This document shows positions 14,615 through 45,072 of a stretch of 64,000 nucleotides of DNA, piece by piece. Made by a program: the position numbers and the translations under genes. Origin of the DNA: Bugula neritina (lineage: Eukaryota; Animalia; Bryozoa). Location: contig OZ037766.1 in NCBI GenBank assembly GCA_964035545.1, positions 13,754,722-13,818,721 on the forward strand, in the 5' to 3' direction. Every line of letters starts with the position of its first letter. The first letter of the stretch is position 1. The notes under the pieces are model-generated. The model saw only the letters and a list, made by a program, of their open reading frames with translations, did no database searches and was not told where the DNA came from.

Positions 14615-15703
14615 TCAAGCACTTCCTTTCATTCGGGCTACAGAGGCAGAGAGGGCCCGGAGTTCTGATGCGGCGGCGGAGATTCTCGGTGTCAGTCTTT
14701 GCACCTCTTTCTCTAATTCTCGTATCCGCTCTTCTGCCTCGCCTAGATTCCTGGCGGGGGCAGAGTGTCGATTGGGGGATGAAGATGGCCAACTCCGCTT
14801 ACGAGACGGCCTCGGGGAGACAGGGGGGGAGGGACGCCATCGCTGTGGTATATCGATGCGTCGTAACACGACTCTTGGTATAGAGTCGGGGCGAGGCACT
14901 GTGCGTGCGGGGGGTGAGGAATGGGATATGCGGGGTTTCCTATATCCGGGTGGTTTAGGGCAGGGTCCCTGTGTGATGGTCCTGGGTGCGGGGAACTCCT
15001 GGCGCAGCCGTTCATATCGAACTGGGTCTGATATGAACGGTCGGATGAGATTAAGGAATTGTGGAAAGGAGGGTTCGTCGACTTCGAATAGGTGTCCAAT
15101 ATGGCATCCCATGGTTCGTTGGTGACGGAGGATGTAGTCCCTGTGATAACTATATTCACCACAGGGACAAAAGGTGGTGAAGTAATGTTGGGGAATATGA
15201 ACTCGGAGTCTTCGTGGGGTAGTGAAGTGAAGCTGGCATAAACGGCAGGTGGTGCATTGGTCATCTCCTTTGTGCTCTCGTATCAGTGTTTCCGTATCTG
15301 TTGTAACCCAGCATGATTGTTGTAGGAGTGCCTCCGGAAGAGTAGTGGGAACGGGTTCCTCGTTCCAAGCCATTTCTAGTGACGGCATGTCACCAGATAG
15401 AGGAGAGAGAGCGGTATCTAAAAGAGCAGAATTACTGTTAGATCGGATATGATCTTTACACCATAATTCTGATGACAACCGACTGTTACTAGTCTGAGAG
15501 TCATACATCTTTTCAGATAGCACTCGCGGGACTGAGTCGTGTCGTGTAGACTGACAGAGAGACATAGTGTCAAGCTCCAGATCTAGTAGATCGTCGGCCA
15601 TCTTTATGTTCTCGTCGCCTTTCACGTAGGACTCAGTCCCCAGTAGTTGTGATTCAATCAAGGCGATTAAATCAGAACTGACTGATGGTAGACTGGTTTC
15701 CAT
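14615..15703 (-). CDS. ORF3 of element A: C2H2 zinc finger, second atypical Cys/His finger and C-terminal coiled coil (362 aa)
   Basis: CRLCQLHFTTPRRLRVHIPQH (C-x2-C-x12-H-x3-H), then FCPCG...H...C, then heptad-like LGEAEERIRELEKEVQRL. Lies between the pol stop and the PPT; homologous to 45717-46430. Confidence 0.85.
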   Translation of the reverse strand: METSLPSVSSDLIALIESQLLGTESYVKGDENIKMADDLLDLELDTMSLCQSTRHDSVPRVLSEKMYDSQTSNSRLSSELWCKDHIRSNSNSALLDTALSPLSGDMPSLEMAWNEEPVPTTLPEALLQQSCWVTTDTETLIREHKGDDQCTTCRLCQLHFTTPRRLRVHIPQHYFTTFCPCGEYSYHRDYILRHQRTMGCHIGHLFEVDEPSFPQFLNLIRPFISDPVRYERLRQEFPAPRTITQGPCPKPPGYRKPRISHSSPPARTVPRPDSIPRVVLRRIDIPQRWRPSPPVSPRPSRKRSWPSSSPNRHSAPARNLGEAEERIRELEKEVQRLTPRISAAASELRALSASVARMKGSA

Positions 15704-15768
15704 GAGTGGAAATGTTAGCTCAGAGCAAGCTTACCTGAGAACCCGGTATTTGTAATCATACTCGGCGT

Positions 15769-18700
15769 TCAAGCTTGGATGTCCGTGGATTGAGTTTGAA
15801 TGCGTCTTCCCTTGACAATGTCAGCGTACGAAAAGACTGGGCAGCGTGGTTGTTGCGCACGGCTGGAACTATTTGCCCCGGGCGCAGTAGTTTTGTTTAC
15901 TACTCCGCCTTCGCAAAAGTTGAGATTTCCGTGGTGTTCACAACTCCCACGCTTTGCTGCCAGTCCTTCCGTACGGCGCCCAGCTAGACTTTCATAATTG
16001 CCGTTTGTAACACGGTCACATATGTAGTCTTGAAGGTATGCTGGGGGTTGTCTAGTACGCTGTCCCCGTTCCAGGGGAGGTGACGTATCAGCTGGAGAGG
16101 GAGTTGTAGCTGTTGGTTGGGGCGGCGTACTCACTGGTGGGCTATTTTGCTCCACCTGTGGTGTTTCTGGCCCGCCGTTGGTGGTGGTGTTCCCCTCTCC
16201 GCTGTTGTCTCCAGATGGAGCCCCTCCCACGGGGGGGTTTTGCACTTCCGGACGCGGATGCGGAACCGGAAGTGGTGGGGGTAGACTTGGTACTGGGGGC
16301 GGTGGGCGCACTTCCGTTGGTGGGAGTGGCGTCTCCTGCCTCACCAAGTCCTCTCCCCGCGGCACGACCATTTCGTACTCGGGTCCATGCCGTTGCCGCC
16401 CACGCGTTACTGTCTGCCTCCTGGGCTCCAACAACGGGGGGGCTGCTCCTGCTGCTCCTGGGCTAGCCCAATACGGTTTCAAGCGGGTTTCGTTCTGGAC
16501 AGAGACCTGTCCAGATCGCTCCAACTTGTACGTATGATTGGGCATAGCCTCAACTACTACGTAGGGTCCCACAAACTTAGGCTGGAGCTTAGCCGCTTGT
16601 CCTCGACGCCTACGGTAGTTGACCATCCACACCCAGTCCCCAGTTCGATAGAGAGGTGGTTCCTGAGAGTCCTCTCGCCGTACCTGCCACTGCTTCGCCC
16701 GCAGTATTTCGTGTGCGGCCCTCAGGTCCTCTATCAATTTACTGGCATACTCGTGGATGGTATAGTCTTGCTCTGGGATGTGGTATGTGAGGTGGTCAGG
16801 CACTCGCGTCTCTCGACCGAGCATCAGGAGGTTAGGGGTTTCCCCCGTACTGGTGTGTGGTGTACTACGGTAGGCCCGCATGACTTGCGGCAGTACCGTA
16901 TCCCACTCCTCCTGACCCCGGCCGAGGAGCAGACTGCGCAGTGCATCGCCCAACATGCGATTGTTGCGTTCCACCACCCCGTTGCCCTGAGGATGGTACG
17001 GGGTGGTCCTGCTTTGGTTTACTCCCCAGAGGCGGCAGAGGTCGCTCAACAGTTGGGACTGGAATTGAGCCCCCTGGTCCGAATGTATTTGCTCAGGTAG
17101 TCCAAGATAGCAGAATACATTTTGATCCAGCACCCTGGCCACTGTGGGGGCGGACGCATCTGGAATAGCCAGGGCATCCGCCCACCGTGTAAAGTGGTCG
17201 GTTAATACTAGGATCCAACTGTTTCCTCTGGGGGTGACGGGCATGGGTCCGACTAGGTCGATAGCTACCACCTGCCACGGCCTTCCAGCATATAACCTAC
17301 GCCGTCCCGCTTCACCAGGGAGACGGCCATGCTTGCTGGCCTGGCAGATTTCGCATTGTTTGACTCTACGCCGCACCTCACGCTCCATGCCGGGCCAGTA
17401 CCACCGGAGTCGTAACTTGGAGAGCACCCTGCTCGCCCCGGCGTGGGCTTGCTTGTGGGTGTCCCATACTAACTCCCGGCGTATGGCGGCTGGGCAGATC
17501 ACCCTCTTCCTGCCGTACTGGTTGTTGTGAGCAGCCACTGTGATGGTCAGCAGACCATCTGGCCCGATCCGCAGGGAGTCCCAACGTTGGCAGTACGACC
17601 GTAACTCGGTGCATCCCTGCCGCAGTTGTTCTTCACTGGGTCGTCGCCCCTCCTTTTTGGCACGATATACGTCGGCTACCACTCCAGGGAGGTCCTCCTG
17701 GAGTCTTCGTAGCTCCCTAACGTTATCAGCCAAGACAGGATTGGCACGGAGGCGTTGGATAGCCTCCGGGGGCGTAGCGGCCTTCTGTAGGAGTTGACCC
17801 TGGTCCCAGTCATACTCCGTTTCAGAGTGGTTCAGTGCTCTCAACTCGGATTTTGGAGGACCTCCGTCCCTCTTCTCGATGTTGAGGCACTGTTTACACC
17901 CCTCGTCCGGTCGCCGGCTCAGTCCATCAGCATTGCCGTGTTTCTTACCGGGTCGGTGCTCGATCCGGTAAGAAAACTCAGCTAGGACCTCGAGCCATCG
18001 GGCGACTTGGCTGGACGGTTCTGCTCTCTTACATAACCAAATCAAGGAGGCGTGGTCGGTCCGCAAGCGGAACTTCCTGCCGTATAGATAAGGTCTGAAA
18101 TGCTTCACTGACTTGATTACTGCCAGCAATTCCTTTCGGGTAGTGCAGTAATTTCGTTCAGTGGGCGAGAGAGACTTACTGTAGTAGGCCACGACTACTT
18201 CGCGGCCCTCCTGCACCTGGGACAGCACAGCGCCGACATTTTGGTCACTGGCGTCAGTATCGAGGATGTACTCCAGGGCAGGGTCTGGGTAGGCCAGGAT
18301 AGGGGCCTCCAGCAGGCGGCCTTTGAGGCAGTCGAACGCTCTCTGTTCGACGGGAGTCCACTGCCAGGTCACCCCCTTTGCGGTGAGCCGGTTTAATGGC
18401 TGCGCTACCCCCGCAAAGTCTGGTATGTATTGCCTGTAATACCCTACCAGCCCCAGGAAAGCCCGTAGCCCGGTCAAATCCTGGGGGGTTACCCAATCTT
18501 CTATAGCTCGTACCTTTTCAGGATCCGTCGCCACACCGTGACGGCCGACGATGTGCCCCAGGTACTTCACCTCTGGCTGCAAGAGAGCGCACTTGGAGGG
18601 TTTGAGCTTCAGATTGGCGCCTCGGAGTCGATCGAAGACCTCCCGCAGACGGCTGACGTGTGTCTGAAAGTCTGGGGAGATCACGATGACGTCGTCGAGG

Positions 18701-21210
18701 TATACTAGCAGTGTCTTCCAGTGGAGTCCACTGAGGACCTGTTCCATGAGCCGCTGGAACGTGGCGGGGGCAGAAGTCAGTCCGAAGGGGAGGACTTTCC
18801 ACTTCCATAAGCCGTCCCGCGTGATGAACGCCGCCTTCTCCTGGGCGTCTGGGCTGAGGGGGACCTGCCAATAGCCGCTCAACAAGTCTAGCGTACTGAA
18901 GTACTTGCTGCCGGCTAAGGCGTCCAGAGATTCGTCGATCCTGGGTAAGGGGTAGGCGTCCTGTATGGTCACGCTATTGAGCTTGCGATAATCCACACAG
19001 AACCGCCAACTGCCGTCTTTCTTTCGGACCAGAACGACCGGTGAACTCCACGCACTATGTGCTGGCTCGATGAGGCCGCGGTCCAAAAGATCCCGGACTT
19101 GTTGGCTGACCTCCTTTTCCTTCTCGGGTCCCAGCCTCCTAGTGGGCTGCCGAATAGGGGTAGTCCCTGCAGCCAGCGGTATCTCATGACGGACGGCCGT
19201 GGTCAGGCCGACGTCATGGTCCCCACTGCTGAACACGTCGCTATATTCACGTAGCAACTGAGCCATAGTCTGGCGTTCCACGTTGCCCGTGCAGCCGTTA
19301 CACGCTGCCTGGTATAGCTCTTTGACGTGTGATGGGACGGTCCCCCGCCTAACTGACGGGCTCTGTCGGGGACCTTCCGTCGCAGCTCCCAGCGACGGCC
19401 CTATATCCTCCTCCTGGATGGAGTGGAAGCGACCCAGCATGGATCCTGACGGTAATTGTACCGCTTCGGAGAAGGGGTTGACACACTGCACCAAGATCTC
19501 TCCTCGGTCAGTCAGCCGGTTTAGACTGCTGGCGAGTTGGATTCTAGTGTGCGCACCTTCGACAACCCCTAGCCCCGAGAGTTGGCTATTGTTCACTCTG
19601 CAGTGAACGGTAGCCCGGGAGCGGCCGGGTATAGTACAGTTGCGTACTACCTGCACACCTCCCGCTAGAGGACGACCGAACTTGTCGACACAGGTGAGTT
19701 CTTTGCCGCCCATTAGCATGGCTGACTTGCTAAAGTCAATATGGCACCCGTGTCTCTTCAAGAACGGCATCTCCAGTGGGCTGATGACGAAGGTTTCCTG
19801 AATGGCCTGGTCGCGGACGCGCCCAGCCAATTCTATGATACCGTAGAAAGGAATCCGTGACCCGTCAGCTAGGGTGCCCGGTTCCCCGGTATAGGGGGCT
19901 AAGGCTCCCCTCTCCTTGAGAGGGAGGGTGTCGAAGACCCGACGGCTGAGGAGATTAGTGGTACACCCGGAGTCTAGCAGGAAGGTGACAGCTTTACCGG
20001 CCACCTTCCCTGGCAAGAAGTAGCTGCCTCCGTGAGGTTGTACCCGTACTCCCCCAGCGTGCTCGGTCTCGGCCGAACGGGGCTGTGCCCGTTTGTTCCG
20101 CGGTTTGCGGGGCCGGTGAGAGTTTCCTTGCGGGGAGGCGTTCTGATCCTCCCCGATGCCCTGAGGGGCCTCGCTGGTCTGTTCCATTACTGGTAACGGA
20201 CTGAAGCGGTTGGTGAGAGGCAAAGAGAAGGGGTCTCGTGGTCGACCCGGTTGGCTGGTTCGGCGAGGTGTTTGCCATTGACGGGGGGTGTGTTGCTGGG
20301 CCCGTACGGGCTCCTGGCGACATCCACCCCGTTTTCCTCTCTGTGTGTGCCCGCGGAGCTCTGGGGGTCTCCGGGGAGGTTGTGGTTTCTGCTGCCGTTT
20401 GAATCGTGGGCCGCTCAGGTGGCGGTGTCCCTGGTTGCCGCTTTCCTTTCGTCGCATCATAGGTCTGGGGGGTTTTGCTGCCGTCTTCTTACTCTTCCTT
20501 GAGTGGTTGTGTGTTATCGTCGCCACCAGTTGTCCCAGCCTAGTCATCAAGCGGCTTATCTCCATCTCTATGGGGGGTTTAGTGGTCGTGGCAGCTGTGT
20601 GGACCGGATGGTCTGGTTCCCTAGAGGTCTGGGGAGTGGTCTCTTCCGTCTTATAGAGTCGCTCGGCTCCAGCGTAGGCTTTGTTCTCCTGGATTGCAGC
20701 CTCGATTGTGGTCACTCCCTTGGCTTGTAACTGGTGGTGGAAGTCCAAAGAGTTGAGAGACTGTACAAAAGCTTCGAACGTGTAGTGCCGTCTGTGTGTT
20801 TCTGGCAGATCGCTATACGCGGTCCGTGCCAGTCTCTGCACCAGAGTGGCGTGGTCAGAAAGCGGTGTACCTGTCTTGCGGAGTAATCCTCGCAGCCTGG
20901 ACTTGGCGACGGCAGCGGGCATGCCAAAACGGGCCCGTAGTGTAGCAATGATCCCGTTTATGCTAGGCCTCCACCCGTACGGCTTGGCTTCTCCCGTCAG
21001 TGCCATCCGTAGTTTCATAAGGGTTACTCTTGGCGGCCATCTTGTAATGGCTGCAGCTTCACGAAATTCTTGAACGAATTGTTCAATATCCTCGCGGCCT
21101 GTGAACACGGGAACCTCCAACGTGTTCCTATATACCTCCTCTCCAGCTCCGAGAGGGCCTATAATAATGTTCTGCTCACCTCCTTCCATTGAAGTTACTC
21201 CCTCGTCCAT
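15769..21210 (-). CDS. Single-frame Gag-Pol polyprotein of element A (capsid, decayed NC, protease lacking ILG, RT, RNase H, integrase)
   Basis: 1813-aa ORF: LLDSG (protease), WRFCVDYRKLN / LPFGL / YLDD (RT), DTDAS / ELLA / TDH / ADGLSR (RNase H), H..H..C..C, IDLVGP / HSDQG / VERNN (D,D-35-E integrase) and a GPY module. Confidence 0.97.
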   Translation of the reverse strand: MDEGVTSMEGGEQNIIIGPLGAGEEVYRNTLEVPVFTGREDIEQFVQEFREAAAITRWPPRVTLMKLRMALTGEAKPYGWRPSINGIIATLRARFGMPAAVAKSRLRGLLRKTGTPLSDHATLVQRLARTAYSDLPETHRRHYTFEAFVQSLNSLDFHHQLQAKGVTTIEAAIQENKAYAGAERLYKTEETTPQTSREPDHPVHTAATTTKPPIEMEISRLMTRLGQLVATITHNHSRKSKKTAAKPPRPMMRRKESGNQGHRHLSGPRFKRQQKPQPPRRPPELRGHTQRGKRGGCRQEPVRAQQHTPRQWQTPRRTSQPGRPRDPFSLPLTNRFSPLPVMEQTSEAPQGIGEDQNASPQGNSHRPRKPRNKRAQPRSAETEHAGGVRVQPHGGSYFLPGKVAGKAVTFLLDSGCTTNLLSRRVFDTLPLKERGALAPYTGEPGTLADGSRIPFYGIIELAGRVRDQAIQETFVISPLEMPFLKRHGCHIDFSKSAMLMGGKELTCVDKFGRPLAGGVQVVRNCTIPGRSRATVHCRVNNSQLSGLGVVEGAHTRIQLASSLNRLTDRGEILVQCVNPFSEAVQLPSGSMLGRFHSIQEEDIGPSLGAATEGPRQSPSVRRGTVPSHVKELYQAACNGCTGNVERQTMAQLLREYSDVFSSGDHDVGLTTAVRHEIPLAAGTTPIRQPTRRLGPEKEKEVSQQVRDLLDRGLIEPAHSAWSSPVVLVRKKDGSWRFCVDYRKLNSVTIQDAYPLPRIDESLDALAGSKYFSTLDLLSGYWQVPLSPDAQEKAAFITRDGLWKWKVLPFGLTSAPATFQRLMEQVLSGLHWKTLLVYLDDVIVISPDFQTHVSRLREVFDRLRGANLKLKPSKCALLQPEVKYLGHIVGRHGVATDPEKVRAIEDWVTPQDLTGLRAFLGLVGYYRQYIPDFAGVAQPLNRLTAKGVTWQWTPVEQRAFDCLKGRLLEAPILAYPDPALEYILDTDASDQNVGAVLSQVQEGREVVVAYYSKSLSPTERNYCTTRKELLAVIKSVKHFRPYLYGRKFRLRTDHASLIWLCKRAEPSSQVARWLEVLAEFSYRIEHRPGKKHGNADGLSRRPDEGCKQCLNIEKRDGGPPKSELRALNHSETEYDWDQGQLLQKAATPPEAIQRLRANPVLADNVRELRRLQEDLPGVVADVYRAKKEGRRPSEEQLRQGCTELRSYCQRWDSLRIGPDGLLTITVAAHNNQYGRKRVICPAAIRRELVWDTHKQAHAGASRVLSKLRLRWYWPGMEREVRRRVKQCEICQASKHGRLPGEAGRRRLYAGRPWQVVAIDLVGPMPVTPRGNSWILVLTDHFTRWADALAIPDASAPTVARVLDQNVFCYLGLPEQIHSDQGAQFQSQLLSDLCRLWGVNQSRTTPYHPQGNGVVERNNRMLGDALRSLLLGRGQEEWDTVLPQVMRAYRSTPHTSTGETPNLLMLGRETRVPDHLTYHIPEQDYTIHEYASKLIEDLRAAHEILRAKQWQVRREDSQEPPLYRTGDWVWMVNYRRRRGQAAKLQPKFVGPYVVVEAMPNHTYKLERSGQVSVQNETRLKPYWASPGAAGAAPPLLEPRRQTVTRGRQRHGPEYEMVVPRGEDLVRQETPLPPTEVRPPPPVPSLPPPLPVPHPRPEVQNPPVGGAPSGDNSGEGNTTTNGGPETPQVEQNSPPVSTPPQPTATTPSPADTSPPLERGQRTRQPPAYLQDYICDRVTNGNYESLAGRRTEGLAAKRGSCEHHGNLNFCEGGVVNKTTAPGANSSSRAQQPRCPVFSYADIVKGRRIQTQSTDIQA

Positions 21211-21252
21211 GATGTTCTAATACTTCTCATTGTTCTCATACAGTAGCTAGAA

Positions 21253-21270
21253 ATCCCACTGCTGCCACCA
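21253..21270 (-). promoter_or_regulatory. Primer-binding site complementary to the tRNA-Leu 3' end, element A
   Basis: The - strand reads TGGTGGCAGCAGTGGGAT one nt after the 5' LTR; metazoan tRNA-Leu(AAG/TAG) ends ...ATCCCACCGCTGCCA-CCA. Confidence 0.85.
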
Positions 21271-21271
21271 C

Positions 21272-21542
21272 TGTAGTAAATTGTGTAACTACTATGCGTG
21301 GGTTCCTAGCTTGTAATTATGTCTATTTATCTACACCAATAAAGTATTTAGGTAAAAGTTTCCAAGTTTATTTACTACTAATTATATAAAAGATACAGCA
21401 CGTACACAGATTAGAGATTACATCCTCGCTTAGTTAGCGCGCTCTCTCTACTGCAAAACTACTACTAACTGAGGCCTATCACGTGACGCACTTGGATAGG
21501 CTGAAGGAATACGGGGGACGCGCGCATTACGTCCTTACTACA
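21272..21542 (-). repeat. 5' LTR of element A
   Basis: Direct repeat of 13987-14257. Confidence 0.97.
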
Positions 21543-23437
21543 CAAGTTCATGATGATGACGGTGCGTCATGCTTATGATCATAATTTTAATTTTCATCAT
21601 TTATTCTAATTCAATTTCATGATCAATAAGGTTAAATCATAGTCAATAACTATAACATTAACTATAAGACTAAGTACAAGTCATAGTCACTATGACTATG
21701 CAATTGTATCAGTATCAGTAAGACTATCGCTATCATCTATCAGTATCACTATAATAGTAATACTGATAATCATACTCACTGATACTGATGGTGATACAAT
21801 TACTTATACTATTAGTATTACATGTGAATGACTATAAGTATAAGTCATAAGAGTTAGAGTAAGACTAAGTTTTCAAGTTAATTTTTTTTATACCAATAAT
21901 GATAATGTAAGTAATGCTCATCATTGTTATAATTATTATATTAAATAAATAAATGTAAGATTTTAATTTATTCATAATGACTTTAAGTCAATATAAATAT
22001 GTGTATTGGAGTTTAGACTTAATTATAATATTGATAATTATTGCAGGTCATTTCATACACATGTCATTTTTTTACCCATCATAAATTAACTAAAAAGTAT
22101 ATTTTTTTTATATCTATTTATTCTTTGATGTAAGTATCAAACTAAGACTCCCTAACTCTAAGTATTAGACTTACCCTTAATCTTGGAGTTGGTCTTGGTT
22201 TAAGTATAACTGTAAGGTTAAGGGTTGGTAAAACAATTTAACTGTGACTATATCTGTGGTTGGTTCTATAATCATAGTGTATACAGTAAAAGTATTAGTG
22301 TGAGAAAAAGGCAAATCAGTAGGATTAAAGTGATAATCTATTGGATTTTTGGACACACAGCCTATGTTTTAATTCAAAGCTTGATATTGAAGTTATTCAT
22401 AGCCATTACTCATTGCTGTCTTGCACCTTCACTTTTTCTTTGGGGTTATCAATATCATTTTCACTTTGACTTGACTCAATGATATCGAGATTGTTGTCTC
22501 ATTTAATATACTTACACTTGTAGTCTACTTATTAAAAAATCGGAAAATTAACAGCAAATTAAAGTAGTGCATGACTATATTTGATCGGCTGAAAGAATTT
22601 CATGCTAGGTATTTATCATGAAGAATGTTATATTTTTTACGAAAGTTATTTACCTTTCTGTGTAAATTATTTATTACACACTAGCATCAGTTTAGTGGTA
22701 TGGCAGGGAGTTTTTGAAAGACAATAACAATATTCCTGAAGTTAAACATGTGTAACTTGTAACTTGCATTTTGCTACAAAACTACAAATTATATGTACTT
22801 AACGCAGCATAGTTGTTTTTGATCTTTTGTGACCTCTATTTCTTTTATATACATTATATTTTAAAGCGGTTAAAAATCCATATATTTGAAGATTTATAAC
22901 AAATGTAAATCATGAGCTTCTAATTAATTTTGAGTCAACATTTGGTACACTTTTTAGGTTCTTTCAACAAACATTACGCACTTGCGTTATACACTAAACG
23001 CTCTCCATGTTTTAATAGATTTTTCCTAAAGCTAGTCTCGTAAACGTTGTATAATGTACATCATGATCACCATCAAATCTGTGGTAACTTAAGTTAGGAG
23101 CATTTGGGGTCATACTTTTTTTGTAAATTATCATATTTAAACAGTCTACTTCGGCTTTGCATGCATCTCTTATTTTATTGCTTCTGACACTCAACCAGGT
23201 CACTAATATGTATTTAATGCTAGTTAGGATTGTTATGACTCTTGGTAGATTTTTGCAGTACTTACTTAGCTTTAAACTATGCTTATATTACTGAGAACAT
23301 GCACTTTGTAGCAAGCTTTTGATGGTCTGTTTTAATTGCAAAAATAGAAGTGATATTGTAAACTCAAGACATGTTTTTTTAACTCTGCATATTTCTACTC
23401 TTATGAGTTGTAATATGTTCATAGAGTTTCTTATGTA

Positions 23438-43275
<19,838 letters not shown>

Positions 43276-44324
43276 AACAATATCAAAGCTTAACATTTAT
43301 TTTAAATGCCATGCAGTGCAAGGAGTGATTGTGAAACATGTGCAGGGAGTCTCAACGTAAACTTTGTCAATGATGTTCTTTGCTTTTTTGAAGTTCTCAG
43401 TATATCTTATAGAATATTACACTTCAAAAAGCTCCTTTAGTAGCTATGTCTAGGTTTAAGGCATTTGCTTAGTGGATCGGACTCATTCTGACTCTAAAAT
43501 AGAGTAATCTGAAACTTTTCTTCCCCAATATGGGTTTTGTTATTGAAGCTGTTTGCTTGTTTTGGAATTTCTAGAATAGCTAGCTATTATAATTTATGTA
43601 CAGATCCGTTTTTACTCCTATTACTCTCATTCCAAATTATTTGGTTTGGATTATAATTTAACTAGATAAAATACAAGTGGAACCAGCTCAAGCACTATCT
43701 TATAATATATGTGCTAGCTATGCTATATTGTAGCTACATTTAATATAAGTGTGAGGCATTATAAACTATGTTATGTTCCCTTTTAGTACATAGAGTTCGC
43801 TACAAATCAGTATTTTTGTATAGCTGTTAGGTAGACCATTTCATTTTATTTCCACTAACTTATTTAATTACAAAATAGAAACTATCTAAAAACTTGGCTC
43901 TGGTAGTTTAGAAAATTTGCAATTTCAACAGTGTTTTGCACTTTCAACAGTGTTTTGCACTTTCAACGAAAATCAGTTTTACTCAACAAATCAGTTTATG
44001 TAGACTAAAACACAACCAAGCTTGATGTTATATTGAAAATTTTGATTCATAAAACATTTTGTACAAATAAATTTAAAATTCCCTGGGAAATAATAATTTC
44101 AATAGAGAAAAAGCAGCAGATTAAAACTGAATAACTAAACACAATTGTTTCTTTGTATTTCAAATATCTTAGGCATCTGTTCCTTGTGTTTCACTGCTGC
44201 TATTTTATTTATTTAAAAACCAATTAACTAATTATAAGGTTGCTAGCATTGCTATTTTTTGAACCAGCAGCTACTATAAAAAATAGCAGTCAGTTATAGC
44301 TAAGAAAACTGTTTTACTTTGTAG

Positions 44325-44326
<2 letters not shown>

Positions 44327-44382
<56 letters not shown>

Positions 44383-44428
44383 TATACACATATATATACA
44401 CATATATATATACATATATATATATATA
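44327..44428. repeat. (TA)n / (TATATATACACA)n microsatellite
   Basis: Directly visible. Confidence 0.95.
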
Positions 44429-45072
44429 ATTGTTTATGGACTTTGCTTGCCTCCTTGATTGTGAATAGTGACCCCTGTTGTCAACCAGATGTATATAATT
44501 TAGAGTTGTGCTCCCACAGCACTTTTGCAATGAGAAAACTCATGTCATCAAATATTATGCAAAGTGGGGTAGGATATATCCAACCATGAAGTGAGGGTGC
44601 TGGCTGTAGACTCAGCCATCACTCTTAGTGAGAACTCTTTTGACATCTATGCTACTCTACATGACATACTAGGAGAGATTAGTCCGGTTTACCACAGTCA
44701 CATTAAATTTTCCAAGGATGGCTCCCAGCAACACAGACTTCTTTGTCTCCCTTTCTTTCCTCTGCTACCAAGGTCAAAGGTCACTGTTTCTCCAAACACC
44801 ATCTTCTTTCTTTTATTTGTATGTTTGATGTTGATTGTTGTAATATTATTGGCAGAATCCAAAATCCATGTTTATAGTTTATAATATTATATTATAACTT
44901 GTAACATTGTCACAAATTCTACTTTATAAACTGTTATAATATATATCACTCTCTTTTGTTATTTAGCCTACACTTATAATTTGTATAGCACACAAGTCTA
45001 TTGCAAGTACTATTGCGCAATAATTGTTTAAATTTTTAGTCACTCTTTATTGTGCTAATGAATAGTGCCTAT

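Larger units (their letters stand above)
13987..21542 (-). mobile_element. Ty3/Gypsy LTR retrotransposon 'A' (7556 bp): fused gag-pol plus zinc-finger ORF3
   Basis: 271-bp LTRs with TGTAGTAA...TTACTACA termini and no visible differences; 4-bp TSD CAAG (13983-13986, 21543-21546); PBS and PPT present; domain order PR-RT-RH-IN. Confidence 0.98.

Noticed and set aside
14615-15703. ORF3 as an envelope gene (errantivirus-like)
   Set aside because: No signal peptide or transmembrane anchor visible; zinc-finger motifs instead.
14529-21073. Many + strand and alternate-frame ORFs inside element A (e.g. 14529-15125, 16387-17100)
   Set aside because: Shadow ORFs expected in GC-rich coding DNA; no recognisable motifs.
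44500-44884. ORF 44591-44884, and a weak FWELESIG (BEL/Pao-like) match on the - strand near 52000
   Set aside because: No supporting domains or exon chain, and stops nearby; too weak to call.
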